From: Eledone cirrhosa
Taxonomy: Eukaryota
Reading direction: 5' to 3'
DNA: 64,000 nucleotides
Assembly: GCA_964016885.1 (NCBI GenBank)
Contig: OZ024753.1
Coordinates: 9,052,001 to 9,116,000, forward strand
Shown here in pieces: positions 23,901-37,612 of this stretch. The translations under genes were made by a program, and so were the position numbers. Numbering within the stretch: position 1 is the first letter of the stretch; each line of letters begins with the position of its first letter. Under the pieces are notes generated by a model. That model saw only the letters and a program-made list of their open reading frames with translations. It was not told the DNA's origin and made no database searches.

Positions 23901-26900
23901 GGTGGAGGATTGGAGACCCCCCAAGAGCAAAGGGTGTGGAGTCCTTCGGTACACTTGGGATGGGGGCTTGCCCATAGGTCGAAACATTGGTTCAATTCTT
24001 CAGCAGTGCTAAATATTTTCTAAAACTGTAATTACAATTTAAATCCCCAAAGGAGGTGGAGGTTTTCTGCTGTAGCAGGCAGATAGGGGGGAGGGGCGAC
24101 TGTGCGTTGGCCACGGGCATCATTTCGGGAAAAGAACTTAATAAATTTGATTGATTTATATTAAAATCGAATAAAGCGTTTATATCGTGTTTCATCTGTT
24201 TATATATTCAAAATGTTTTCCTTTCTCAATATATTAGGCCTTATACTTGAGTCTTTGGGGCATTAGGGATTATACTTGAGTCTTTGGGGCATACAATCAA
24301 GATTTGCCCCGGGCATCACCAGAGCTCCGCACGTCGCTGTTTCTCTGGTCTGTCGCGAGCCAAGAAGCTTATCCCGTAAAGTGACTGAGAGTACAAGACG
24401 CCAGTCCATCACAAGCCCCCCCCCCCCCCCTCACTCATTTCTGGTACTCATTTTCAGCTGAATTATGCTGGCCGTAAAAACTAAAACAATTGTAAATTTA
24501 TTTCAGTTTTTCGATCACTTTCTTCCGCTGTATGTTCATCATTAGTTAACTGTCGATCAGTGTTTGCAAAGATCGATATCGACTAACTTGAGAGTTTATT
24601 TCGCCATCATTAAGTCCCAGGTTCGAACACACCCCATGTGAAACTGGTTAGACAGAAACTCTATAGAAGTCTGTCATCTGTAATTCAAATGGCCAGTCTC
24701 ATAAGGCTGAATCTTCCTGAGCATTAAGTATGTTCGCAATTATAGATTAATTTCTAGTGCTGTAGCATGACCAAGTTCTTTATATAATGCTGTAGCATGG
24801 CCAGGCTGTTTAGATGGTGCTGTAGCATGGCCAGGATACTTGGAACATGCGCACTGGGTTTCTAAATCTCGCGTTTGCGCATTCGACTCCATCCAACACA
24901 AGAAAATAAAATGGCCATCAGTTTACTAAATGGTTTAACAATGGACAATAGCAGCTTTCCGAAAGGTAACGTAGATTTTTATATTATGTTGAGAAATGTT
25001 TGTAAATCTTTCCCTCTTAGTCTCCTTCGTATAATCTACTATTTACACATACCTAGTTGTTCTCTTATTAACGTATTTTTAATGAAATACACACCTACAT
25101 GTTTCAATACATTGCGAATATAATAAGATTTAACAGATATTTTTAATTAATAAATATGTATCTAGTATAGTTTAAAATTCATTCCTACTTCTTCCTGGGG
25201 GTAGTTCCTTTGTCTTTATCAAATCCTGCTGTCGACTATTTCTCCTCATCAACATGTGGTTGTCTTCCTCTCCAGATCGAACTCGCTCCCACTTAGCAAT
25301 CGAACGAGGTGGTTTCGATCGTTGACTTTGGGAACTTTCCAAAAGCTGCCCACCTCCTGCAATGTTTAACAATGGATAATAGCAGCTTACCGAAAGGTAA
25401 CGTAGATTTTTATATTATGTTGAGGTATTTTTGTAGACCTTTCCCCCCTCTGTTCCTGGGGTAGTTCCTGTGTCTTTATCAAATCCTTCTGTCGACTATT
25501 TCTCCTCACCAATATGTGATTGTCTTCCTCTCCAGATCAAACTCGCTCCCACTTAGCATTCGAAAGTGATGGTTTCGATTGTTGACTTTTCCAAAAGTTA
25601 CCCACCCCTTGCAATCTTTCCGAGGTACACACAATAAGTCCACCTGTTCTCCATCTATGTTTTAAACCCCTTTACTCCCATTTGACTTTGTCGATGGGGG
25701 AATCTTATCTTCCGTCTTGTAATGTTGTACATTTAATTCTATACATCTAAGTTTTGTTTTCATCTTATTAGTCCAAGAACAGTGTACGTCTGTTCTTCTG
25801 GTAATCATGGTTGAAGTATTGATCAGTGTTAACAGATCGATATCTATTTCCCATCATTAGGTGAGAGAGTGACAACTTCGGCAAGTGTCATCATAACCTT
25901 CAGTTGGCCCATGTCCTGTGAGTTAAATTTAGTAGACAGAAACTGTCTGGAAGCCTATAAGATGGACTCTACCTGTAATAGAGACAGTCTTGTCACAGAC
26001 CGTGTGAAACTTCAGTATTTCTTCCCATAGTGGTTACAATGTTGAACTTACGATCATAATGTGATAAGTTCGATTCCTTGATCGTGTTGTGTTCTTGAGC
26101 AAAACACATCATTTCACGTATACTTATCTGAAAATGAATACCAGCAGCATCTTTGGGGTTTAACTCTGGAAGACAGTACTTCTAACGATCTTTCCTTCGT
26201 TTTGTTTTTGTCTTAATACTCCAAGAACAGTGTTGATTATTTTGACTTGTTGGTAATACATATATACACTGGTTCTTCTCCACTGCCTTGGTGTCCACTC
26301 TAATAGTTCACCTACTGTGGGGAAGCAAGAGTCGTGGCCAGCCCATCTATATTTGCCCGGTTATGTTCATTCAATTTTGTTGCTCTTCCTGGTATGATTT
26401 GCTCCATTCAGCTTCACGGTGGTCTGCCTTCTTGTGCTGTATAATGCCTTCAGGTCTCTTCAGTTATAAGCCTCTTTACTGGAACCTCAGATCACCATTC
26501 GATCTTTATTTTTCGTGTTTTACTTTGCAGTTTTGATTTTGCTTCTGATAAAGCTTATTCTTGTCATCGAACCAGTCTCTGTGTTTTGTCTTCTTAATAT
26601 ACAGTTCATCAGCCCCAACACTATAAACTTATGTTTTAAACTCTTCCCAAGTTCCACGACGTTGTCAAGTGCATTTCTAAACTAAAGTTTTGACACGTTT
26701 TGGCATTTGTACCCCTGCTGTCCTCATTTATTTCCATATTAATTGTTCTGCAAATATATATAGAAACGGAGTGAGATAACACACGAAATATATTTTGAGA
26801 CGTGTTACCTCCCTTTCTTTCCGTTTCTATATATTTAAAAAAAAAATAAACAAAATTTTACCTATAAGTATGACTAATTTACTCAGCAGAATTGCTGTTT

Positions 26901-27200
26901 AGCGTGGCGATGCGCGCAGCGGCTCGGACTTCGTCGTCAACATATGTATGTGTCGTTTCCATACTATGTGTCGGAAGTTCGAATCGTTGTGGTGTGCACG
27001 TGGCTGGGACTATTTGCAGGCTGGCTAGATGCGCGCGAAAAATCCGTCTTACCCCCTTTTGATCAAAAATGTTATTAGAGTTATCTCCCTCTATGTAACT
27101 CTTCTCTTTTTTTCAATTGACTTCCGGTTGTTTGAAAGAAAGCCATTTTGGATATCTTTCTCATGTAAAGAGGTATGTAATGTTTTCTTTCCTGCACACG

Positions 27201-27428
27201 AGGACTATCTAAGAAACTAAACCTTCTCTCTATACACATACATTTTATAAGATACACACTTTATGTAAATAACTCTCTCTTTGCTGTATACTAGGACTCT
27301 CTAAGAAACAAAACCTTCTCTCTATACACATACATTTTATAAGGTGCACACTATATGTCAATAACTCTCTCTTTGCTGTATACTAGGACTCTCTAAGAAA
27401 CAAAACCTTCTCACTATACACATACACT
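27201..27428. repeat. 92 bp tandem repeat (~2.5 copies)
   Basis: AGGACT(A/C)TCTAAGAAAC at 27201, 27293 and 27385. Confidence 0.9.
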
Positions 27429-27884
27429 TCTTTTCAAGTCTTCCACATAATGGTGGTTGAATATTACACCCCTATCGAAACTTAAGTTTTGAACGATTAT
27501 TATTTTAGAAAGTTCATTTACATTCTTAAGATTTACCATTTTTACGGAGGTAAAGCAACACCGCATATTTCTCTTCTAGATAAAACTTCATCTACATCCT
27601 TAGACGTTTCTTGCTTAAGAAACTTCTTCTACATTCTTAGTTTCTCTCTTCAGAAACATCAATGTCTCTATAATAAAAAACAAAGTCGGAAGAATTTTGT
27701 AAACATTCTTTTTATTGACAACGTACGTACATGACTTTAATAGATTTTCTTATTTCAGATGTCCAGCCTTCTAGGTCATGTGCTGTAACAATTGGGAATG
27801 ACGAAGTTTGTTAATAAAGAAAGTTTACAGATGTCCAGCCTTCTAGGTCATATGTTGTTTGCTGTAACAAGTCGGAATGAAGAA

Positions 27885-28236
27885 AGTTTATTTTGACAAA
27901 AATGAATAAAGAAATCAAGAGTCTATATGAAACTGAGTAAAACATAATAAAGAAAGTTTACATACTATATACGAATTGTGTTCAGTTTATTTTGACAAAA
28001 ATGAATAAAGAAATCAAGAGTCTATATGAAACTGAGTAAGACAATAAAGAAAGTTTACATACTATATACGAATTGTGTTCAGTTTATTTTGACAAAAATG
28101 AATAAAGAAATCAAGAGTCTATATGAAACTGAGTAAGACAATAAAGAAAGTTTACATATTATATACGAATTGTGTTCAGTTTATTTGACAAAAATGAATA
28201 AAGAAATCAAGAGTCTATATGAAACTGAGTAAGACG
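27885..28236. repeat. ~97-99 bp tandem repeat (~3.5 copies)
   Basis: AGTTTATTTTGACAAAAATGAATAAAGAAATCAAGAG recurs four times. Confidence 0.9.
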
Positions 28237-28395
28237 TACTAAAAAGAAACTAGGAAGTTTCTTTAGAAAGAATGTAAGTAAAGTGTCTGAAGAAAGTTTC
28301 TTAGGGAAGAATGTAGATCAAGTGTCTAAAAATAATCTGAATCAAGTTTCTTTAGAAGAATGTAGATGAAGTGGCTAAAAAAATGAACTTTTTTA

Positions 28396-28697
28396 AGAAT
28401 GTAGATGAAGTGTCTTAAAAAAAGGTACTAAGAATGTAGATGAAGTGTCTTAAAAAAAAAAGATACTAAAAATGTAGATGAAGTGTCTTAAAAAAAGATA
28501 ATAAGAATGTAGATGAAGTGTCTTAAAAAAGATAATAAGAATGTAGATGAAGTGTCTTAAAAAAAGATAATAAGAATGTAGATGAAGTGTCTTAAAAAAA
28601 GATAATAAGAATGTAGATGAAGTGTCTTAAAAAAAGATAATAAGAATGTAGATGAAGTGTCTTAAAAAAAGATAATAAGAATGTAGATAAAGTGTCA
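28396..28697. repeat. 35 bp minisatellite (AAGAATGTAGATGAAGTGTCTTAAAAAAAGATAAT)
   Basis: 8-9 units with a degenerate lead-in from ~28250. Confidence 0.93.
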
Positions 28698-31600
28698 AAA
28701 AAAAAAAATCTATATGAAATGTGTGTTTTTGAAAAGTCGAAAAAAATTTCTATATGAAATGAGTGTTTTTGAAAAGTCGAAAAAAAAATCTATATGAAAT
28801 GTGTGTTTTTCAAAAGTCGAAAAAAATTTCTATATGAAATGAGTGTTTTTGAAAAGTCGAAAAAAATTTCTATATGAAATGTGTGTTTTTGAAAAGTCGA
28901 AAAAAAAATCTATATGAAATGTGTGTTTTTCAAAAGTCGAAAAAAATTTCTATATGAAATGTGTGTTTTTGAAAAGTCGAAAAAAATTTCTATATGAAAT
29001 GTGTGTTTTTGAAAAGTCGAAAAAAATTTCTATATGAAATGAGTGTTTTTGAAAAGTCGAAAAAAATTTCTATATGAAATGTGTGTTTTTGAAAAGTCGA
29101 AAAAAAAATCTATATGAAATGTGTGTTTTTCAAAAGTCGAAAAAAATTTCTATATGAAATGTGTGTTTTTCAAAAGTCGAAAAAAATTTCTATATGAAAT
29201 AAGTGTTTTTGAAAAGTCGAAAAAAATTTCTATATGAAATGTGTGTTGTCGAAAAAAAAATCTATATGAAATGTGTGTTTTTGAAAAGTCGAAAAAAATT
29301 TCTATATGAAATGAGTGTTTTTGAAAAGTCGAAAAAAATTTCTATATGAAATGTGTGTTTTTCAAAAGTCGAAAAAAATTTCTATATGAAATGTGTGTTT
29401 TTGAAAAGTCGAAAAAAAAATCTATATGAAATGTGTGTTTTTCAAAAGTCGAAAAAAATTTCTATATGAAATGTGTGTTTTTGAAAAGTCGAAAAAAATT
29501 TCTATATGAAATGAGTGTTTTTGAAAAGTCGAAAAAAATTTCTATATGAAATGTGTGTTTTTGAAAAGTCGAAAAAAATTTCTATATGAAATGTGTGTTT
29601 TTGAAAAGTCGAAAAAAAAATCTATATGAAATGTGTGTTTTTCAAAAGTCGAAAAAAATTTCTATATGAAATGTGTGTTTTTGAAAAGTCGAAAAAAATT
29701 TCTATATGAAATGAGTGTTTTTGAAAAGTCGAAAAAAATTTCTATATGAAATGTGTGTTTTTGAAAAGTCGAAAAAAAAATCTATATGAAATGTGTGTTT
29801 TTCAAAAGTCGAAAAAAATTTCTATATGAAATGTGTGTTTTTCAAAAGTCGAAAAAAATTTCTATATGAAATAAGTGTTTTTGAAAAGTCGAAAAAAATT
29901 TCTATATGAAATGTGTGTTTTTGAAAAGTCGAAAAAAAAATCTATATGAAATGTGTGTTTTTGAAAAGTCGAAAAAAATTTCTATATGAAATGAGTGTTT
30001 TTGAAAAGTCGAAAAAAATTTCTATATGAAATGTGTGTTTTTCAAAAGTCGAAAAAAATTTCTATATGAAATGTGTGTTTTTGAAAAGTCGAAAAAAAAA
30101 TCTATATGAAATGTGTGTTTTTCAAAAGTCGAAAAAAATTTCTATATGAAATGAGTGTTTTTGAAAAGTCGAAAAAAATTTCTATATGAAATGTGTGTTT
30201 TTGAAAAGTCGAAAAAAATTTCTATATGAAATGAGTGTTTTTGAAAAATCGAAAAAAATTTCTATATGAAATGTGTGTTTTTGAAAAGTCGAAAAAAATT
30301 TCTATATGAAATGTGTGTTTTTGAAAAGTCGAAAAAAAAATCTATATGAAATGTGTGTTTTTCAAAAGTCGAAAAAAATTTCTATATGAAATGAGTGTTT
30401 TTGAAAAGTCGAAAAAAATTTCTATATGAAATGTGTGTTTTTGAAAAGTCGAAAAAAATTTCTATATGAAATGTGTGTTTTTGAAAAGTCGAAAAAAAAA
30501 TCTATATGAAATGTGTGTTTTTGAAAAGTCGAAAAAAATTTCTATATGAAATGTGTGTTTTTCAAAAGTCGAAAAAAAAATCTATATGAAATGTGTGTTT
30601 TTCAAAAGTCGAAAAAAATTTCTATATGAAATGTGTGTTTTTCAAAAGTCGAAAAAAATTTCTATATGAAATAAGTGTTGTCGAAAAAAATTTCTATATG
30701 AAATGTGTGTTTTTGAAAAGTCGAAAAAAAAATCTATATGAAATGTGTGTTTTTGAAAAGTCGAAAAAAATTTCTATATGAAATGAGTGTTTTTGAAAAG
30801 TCGAAAAAAATTTCTATATGAAATGTGTGTTTTTCAAAAGTCGAAAAAAATTTCTATATGAAATGTGTGTTTTTGAAAAGTCGAAAAAAAAATCTATATG
30901 AAATGTGTGTTTTTCAAAAGTCGAAAAAAATTTCTATATGAAATGAGTGTTTTTGAAAAGTCGAAAAAAATTTCTATATGAAATGTGTGTTTTTGAAAAG
31001 TCGAAAAAAATTTCTATATGAAATGAGTGTTTTTGAAAAGTCGAAAAAAATTTCTATATGAAATGTGTGTTTTTGAAAAGTCGAAAAAAATTTCTATATG
31101 AAATGTGTGTTTTTGAAAAGTCGAAAAAAAAATCTATATGAAATGTGTGTTTTTCAAAAGTCGAAAAAAATTTCTATATGAAATGAGTGTTTTTGAAAAG
31201 TCGAAAAAAATTTCTATATGAAATGTGTGTTTTTGAAAAGTCGAAAAAATTTCTATATGAAATGAGTGTTTTTGAAAAGTCGAAAAAAATTTCTATATGA
31301 AATGTGTGTTTTTGAAAAGTCGAAAAAAATTTCTATATGAAATGAGTGTTTTTGAAAAGTCGAAAAAAATTTCTATATGAAATGTGTGTTTTTCAAAAGT
31401 CGAAAAAAATTTCTATATGAAATGTGTGTTTTTGAAAAGTCGAAAAAAATTTCTATATGAAATAAGTGTTTTTGAAAAGTCGAAAAAAATTTCTATATGA
31501 AATGTGTGTTTTTCAAAAGTCGAAAAAAATTTCTATATGAAATGTGTGTTTTTGAAAAGTCGAAAAAAATTTCTATATGAAATAAGTGTTTTTGAAAAGT

Positions 31601-31908
31601 CGAAAAAAATTTCTATATGAAATGTGTGTTTTTCAAAAGTCGAAAAAAATTTCCATATGAAATGTGTGTTTTTGAAAAGTCGAAAAAAAAATCTATATGA
31701 AATGTGTGTTTTTGAAAAGTCGAAAAAAATTTCTATATGAAATGAGTGTGTCGAAAAAAATTTCTATATGAAATGTGTGTTTTTGAAAAGTCGAAAAAAA
31801 AAATCTATATGAAATGTGTGTTTTTCAAAAGTCTAAAAAAATTTCTATATGAAATGTGTGTTTTTGAAAAGTCGAAAAAAAAATCTATATGAAATGTGTG
31901 TTTTTGAA
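28698..31908. repeat. 40 bp satellite (TCTATATGAAATGTGTGTTTTTGAAAAGTCGAAAAAAATT), ~80 units
   Basis: Read directly from the sequence; highly homogeneous. Confidence 0.98.
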
Positions 31909-32559
31909 AGTTAAGTTAATTATCTTTCAAACAACCGGAAGTCAATTGAAAAAAAAGAGAAGAGTTAAATAAAGGGAGATAATTCTAACAATTTTTAGCA
32001 AAAGGGGGTAAAGCGGATTCTCATCGTGGTCTAGGACGCAGGCCAGCATATAGCCAGCCTGCAAACATCCCAGCCGCCGTAGCCACGTGCACACCACAAC
32101 GATTCGAACTTGCGATACATAGTATGGAAACGACACATACATACGTAGCCGACGAAGTCCGAGCCGTTGCGCGCATCGCCACGCACAAGCCGCAATTCTA
32201 CTAAGTGAAATAGTCATACTTATAGGTAAAATTTTATTTATCTTTTTAAAAAAAATATAGAAACGGAAAGGGAGATAACACGTCGCAAGATATATTTCGT
32301 GTGTTATCTCTCATTCCGTTTCTATATATATATAAAGTAATTTTGAACGTATATACGGAACAATTTTTATGGAAATAAATATAATTATGTCAAGCTGGTA
32401 ACATATAATACAGGTAGACCTGTGTGGGGGGACAACTACCACTGTATATCGGGTACGTTAAAAGGCAGGCCCATTCTGTTATCTCAGAGAAAGAGTCTTG
32501 CCGCGTATCACTTCCAGTTTCTCAGAGGCTGGACTGTAAGTAAGCTTAAAGAAGATGGA

Positions 32560-32850
32560 GGTATTCCACCAGCCTGCACCTCAGGAAGTTTACCACCCTC
32601 CCCATTGACGAGACTGAACTGAAAACAGTCCATCAATTTCAGCTACCTGGGGTACATCGGATGCCAAGATTGACAGGGAAATCAGCAACAAACTGGCAAA
32701 GATGAGCAGTGAATTTGGTAGACTAACGTGTGGAAGATTAAACATGAAGCTGAACTCCCAACTACGCTGGGCAGGGCACGTCTTTAGGATGATGGATCAT
32801 CTTTATAGGCGTTCGTGATAAGAAGGCCAAATATCAAGAACTTGTGAGGG
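32560..32850 (+). mobile_element. Degenerate RTE/BovB-like fragment, paralogue of 36520-36990
   Basis: Translations FSYLG...DAKIDREISNKLAK and QLRWAGHV. Confidence 0.65.
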
Positions 32851-35506
32851 GTGTTACGGTTGAGGGCGAAAATTCCCAATGAACGTAAGTGAATAAACAA
32901 TTTAAGGTCTTTGATCTCAATCTTGAAAAAAGCATTTAAATATTAACTAAAACTAGGAAGAGTTTTTAAAAAATACAATCACATATTTTCTGTGAATAAA
33001 AAATAAATGTTATTAATTCCCTACATTTTCAACCATGATTACCAGAAGAACAGACGTACACTGTTCTTAGACTAATAAGATGAAAACAAAACTTAGATGT
33101 ATAGAATTAAATGTACGACATTACAAGACGGAAGATAAGATTCCCCCATCGACGAAGTCAAATGGGAGAAAAAGGGTTTAAAACATAGATGGAGAACAGG
33201 TGGACTTATTGTGTGTACCTCGGAAAGATTGCAAGGGGTGGGAAACTTTTGGAAAAGTCAACAATCGAAACATATCACTTTCGATTGCTCAGTGGGAGCG
33301 AGTTTGATCTGGTGAGGAGAAATAGTCGGCAGAAGGATTTGATAAAGACAAAGGAACAGAGGAGGGAAAAATCTACAAAAATACCTCAACATAATATAAA
33401 AATCTACGTTACCTTTCGGTAAGCTGCTATTATCCATTGTTAAACCATTTAGCAAGAGTTTTTATAAAGCTTGTAAAATTCTACAAACTGATGGCCATTT
33501 TTTGTTTGTTTGTTTTGGATGGAGTAGAATGCGCAAGCGCAAGATTTAGGAACTCAGTGCGCATGTTCCAAGTATCCTGGCCATACTACAGCACCATCTA
33601 AACAGCCTGGCCATACTACAGCATTATCTAAACAGCCCGGCCATGCTACAGCATGTATCATTTCATCAAAGAATAATTTAAAAAATCGATACAAATGTGA
33701 CTAATACGTACCTTGATGGCTTCCATGTTTAAGGGTGTGCGATTGACACATGGCCCCAGTTCTTGGCATGTTAAAAGACAGGTCATCCTTTTATAAGCTG
33801 CAAATGTGGACCGTATGGAGGGACAGCAGACCTCACCTTATATCAGATGTGACACCGTATCATGGTACAATCTGAATGACCGGGACCCGGATCTGCCACA
33901 ATATCTCATCAGATATGAGCAAAAACACATTCACACCTTTAACTTTAATTACGGAATTACCTAATATATATGTTTGTAAGCGTGGGGATTGAATAACTGC
34001 ACTGTGGAGCTTATCGTTAAAACCTCACCCATAGATCCTGCTCCAGAATACAAAATATTTAGCACTGTTGAAGAATTGAATCAACAATTTAAGGTCTTTG
34101 ATCTCAATCTTGAAAGAAGCCTTTAAATACACCTAAATCTTGGAAGAGTTTTAAAGAAATACAATCGACATATTTTCTGTGAATAAAAAAGAAATATGTT
34201 ATTAATTCCCTACATTTTATTGTTTCTTTTCAACACGTGCTCTGTGTATTTCATTAGGAATACGGTAAGAAGGGACTTCCTCTAGATAGGACGCCAGTCG
34301 ATTGCAAGGTTAAAGTATGTCTCAAACCCGGAGGCTCATTGGACCGGTGCTTAGTCGGCTGAAAATACAAGAGCCTCACCTACTGGAGCCACATGAAATG
34401 AAGTGTTTTGCTCAAGAACACAACACGATCAAGGAATCGATCTTATCACATATGATCGTAACCACTATGGGAAGAAATACTGAAGTATGTGACAAGACTG
34501 ACTCAATTACAGGTACAGTCCATCTTACAGGCTTCCAGAGAGATTCTGTCTACTAAATTTCACTCGCAGGACATGGGTCAACTGACGGTTATGATGACCC
34601 TTGCCCAAGATGTCTCTCTCTCTCACCTAATGATTGAGAATTCACGTGGGGAAAAGTTAATCGATATCGTTCTGATCAATACTTCAACCATGATTACCAG
34701 AAGAACAGACGTACACTGTTCTTAGACTAATAAGATGAAAACAAAACTTAGATGTACAACATTACAAGACGGAAGATAAGATTCCCCCATCGACAAAGTC
34801 AAATGGGAGAAAAGGGGTTTAAAACATAGATGGAGAACAGGTGGACTTATTGTGTGTACCTCGGAAAGATTGCAAGGGGTGGGTAACTTTTGGAAAAGTC
34901 AACAATCGAAACCATCACTTTCGATTGCTAAGTGGGAGCGAGTTTGATCTGGAGAGGAAGACAGTCACATATTGGTGAGGAGAAATAGTCGACAGAAGGA
35001 TTTGATAAAGACACAGGAACTACCCCAGGAACAGAGGGGGGAAAGGTCTACAAAAATACCTCAACATAATATAAAAATCTACGTTACCTTTCGGTAAGCT
35101 GCTATTATCCATTGTTAAACCATTTAGCAAGAGTTTATATAAAGCTTGTAAAATTCTACAAACTGTCGGCCATTTTTTGTTGGTTTGGGATGGAGTAGAA
35201 TGCGCAAGCGCGAGATTTAGAAACTCAGTGCGCATGTTCCAAGTATCCTGGCCATACTACAGCACCATCTAAGATCCATGGCCATGCTACAGCATTATCT
35301 AAACAGCCCGGCCATGCTACAGCATATATCATTTTATCAACGAATAACTAAAAAAATCGATACAAATGTGACTAATACATACCTTGATGGATTCCATGTT
35401 TAAGGGTGTGCGATTGACACATGACCCCCAGTTCTTGGGATGTTAAAAGACAAACACAACCTTAGATGTAACAGCTGCCGTGTGGGGGACAGCTACCACA
35501 ATAAAC

Positions 35507-36205
35507 TCTATGTAAAAAGATTGTCAATGCTCTAGGGACCACATTAGGCGATTTAGCGATCTTTCTCTTTTTAGATAGATACATACATATAACGTCCCGC
35601 CCTTATAATATATGTCTGCATTACCACTTCCCTGAGGATGTCTGTGAGTTTGAATCCCTAAAACTCGAGAAGTACCCAACCGACTTTTTTCAAACTTTAC
35701 ATGTGTATTACTTATGTTTCAGGGAGTGTTATGCACATAAAATCAACTTTTTGATCTCCTAGGGCCCGCATTAGGTGAAAAACTGCGTTTTTAAGCTTTT
35801 TACGGTTTTTTTGAGGCGTTACGTCAGACCGATTTCCTTGAAATTGTAACTATGTATTAGTCAGTTTCTTCATACCGTGAGCAAAGAAAATTCAACTTTT
35901 TTATGGCCTAGGGCCCGCATTAGGTGAAAAACTTCATTTTTTCAGCTTTTTGGAGGCGTTACGTCTAGCCGATTTTCCCAAAATTTCAAGGCATATTATG
36001 CACATAAAAAAAATTCATTTTCTTGATCCTCTAGGGCCCGCATTAGGTGAAAACCTGCTTCATCGAGGAAAATCTTAAAGATTATCCAGCCATCAGAGTA
36101 TTCGGTTTAATTTCTTTACATATTGTCCATGCATGCAGTTTTTCCACGATTAGGTCTGTTGGCGGCCCGCGTTCCAAAATACCTTACGCCGGGTATCACT
36201 GCTAG
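35507..36205 (+). mobile_element. Non-autonomous Helitron
   Basis: 3' ACGCCGGG...CTGCTAG|T end shared with the other Helitrons; internal CTAGGGCCCGCATTAGGTGAAAA repeated three times; similar to 50081-50637; 5' end approximate. Confidence 0.7.
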
Positions 36206-36519
36206 TACTCTATATAAGGGACCTTAAGAGACAGGCTCATCCTTAGATGTAACTGTGGGCCGTATGGAGGAACAGCTTCCACAATACACTGTATATCAGG
36301 GAAGTTAAAAGACAGACCCATCTTTTAACGGCTGTCGTGTGTGTTGGGGGGGGGGGGGGGGGGGGGGGACACACAGCTACCACTGTATTTCAGGGACGTT
36401 AAAAGACAGGCCCATTCTGTTATCACAGAGAAAGAATCTTGTTGCGTATCACTTCCAGTTTCGCAGAGGCTGCCCAGCTTTCTGGACTGTAAGCAAGCTT
36501 AAAGAAGATGGAGGTATTC

Positions 36520-36990
36520 CACCAGCAGACTGCACCTCAGGAAGAGTACCACCCTCCCCATTGGCGAGACTGAACAGAAAACAGTCCATCATTTCAGCTA
36601 CCTGGGGTGCATCTTCACATCGGATGCCAAGATTGACAGGGAAATCAGCAACAAACTGGCAAAGGTGAGCAGAGAATTTGGTAGACTGTACTAACGTGTG
36701 GAAGATTAAATATGAAGCTGAACTCCCAACTACGCCTGCCCAGGATCACTCTCAAATATCTATAGGCGTACGTGTGACAAGAAGGCCAAATATCAAGAAT
36801 CTGTGCAGGAGAAAGGTTCGCAAGTATGGCTATTTCCATTCGAAGTGGGCTGCAGGGGATTCTCGGCCCAATCAGTATGGAGAATGCTCACAATCATTAG
36901 AATGAGAGGACGAGTGAAGAAGGCTGTACTACGCAGGATGGGGGGGCAGCAGAAAAGGCTTCCTTTTAGCTTTGGATCGGAAGAGAGGAG
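36520..36990 (+). mobile_element. RTE-like fragment joined to a HERO-like RLE C-terminal fragment
   Basis: FSYLGCIFTSDAKIDREISNKLAK, followed by KKAKYQE...VWLFPFEVGCRGFSAQSVWRML. Confidence 0.65.
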
Positions 36991-37612
36991 ATAAGCTGGA
37001 AGCTAGGTGGCGATAATGGGCAGTAATTCCCAATGAACGTAGGACACGGCCAATTGACATCAACACCTCCTGGCCAAGGCTATGTCCATCGAAGGTGAAT
37101 GAATGTGAGGCACCTGAGTACATAATTATGCCTATATATATATATCATCATCATCATCATCGTTTAATCTTCCACCCTAGCATGGATTAGACGGGTTTGT
37201 CCCATTTAGAGGCAAATTGGGTCGGGTGGCCGTGTCTCGCTCATATATATATATATAAGCAGGAACGAAGTCAATTGCAGCATACATATAAATTTTATTG
37301 GCATATTGCAATCGTATCAATACCGATCATATCATGGTGCAATCAGAATGACCGGTGCAATCAATATCTCATCAGATATGTGAGTTTATATGAGCAAAAA
37401 CATATTCACACCTGTAACTTGAATTACGGAATTACCTAATATATATGTTTGTAAGCGTGGGGATTGAATAACTGCACTGTGGAGCTTATCGTTAAAACCT
37501 CACCCATAGATCCTGCTCCAGAATACAAAATATTTAGCACTGTTGAAGAATTGAATCAACAATTTAAGGTCTTTTATCTCAATCTTGAAAGAAGCCTTTA
37601 AATACACCTAAA

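Larger units (their letters stand above)
26761..32324. mobile_element. Foldback-like non-autonomous element with ~380-400 bp TIRs ending in ~70 nt hairpins, filled with satellites
   Basis: 26761-27139 is the diverged reverse complement of 31923-32324; both ends lie in TA runs; no ORF. Confidence 0.85.

Noticed and set aside
7658-31908. CRISPR-like arrays (30-40 bp repeats)
   Set aside because: Head-to-tail units with no unique spacers, no cas genes, eukaryotic context
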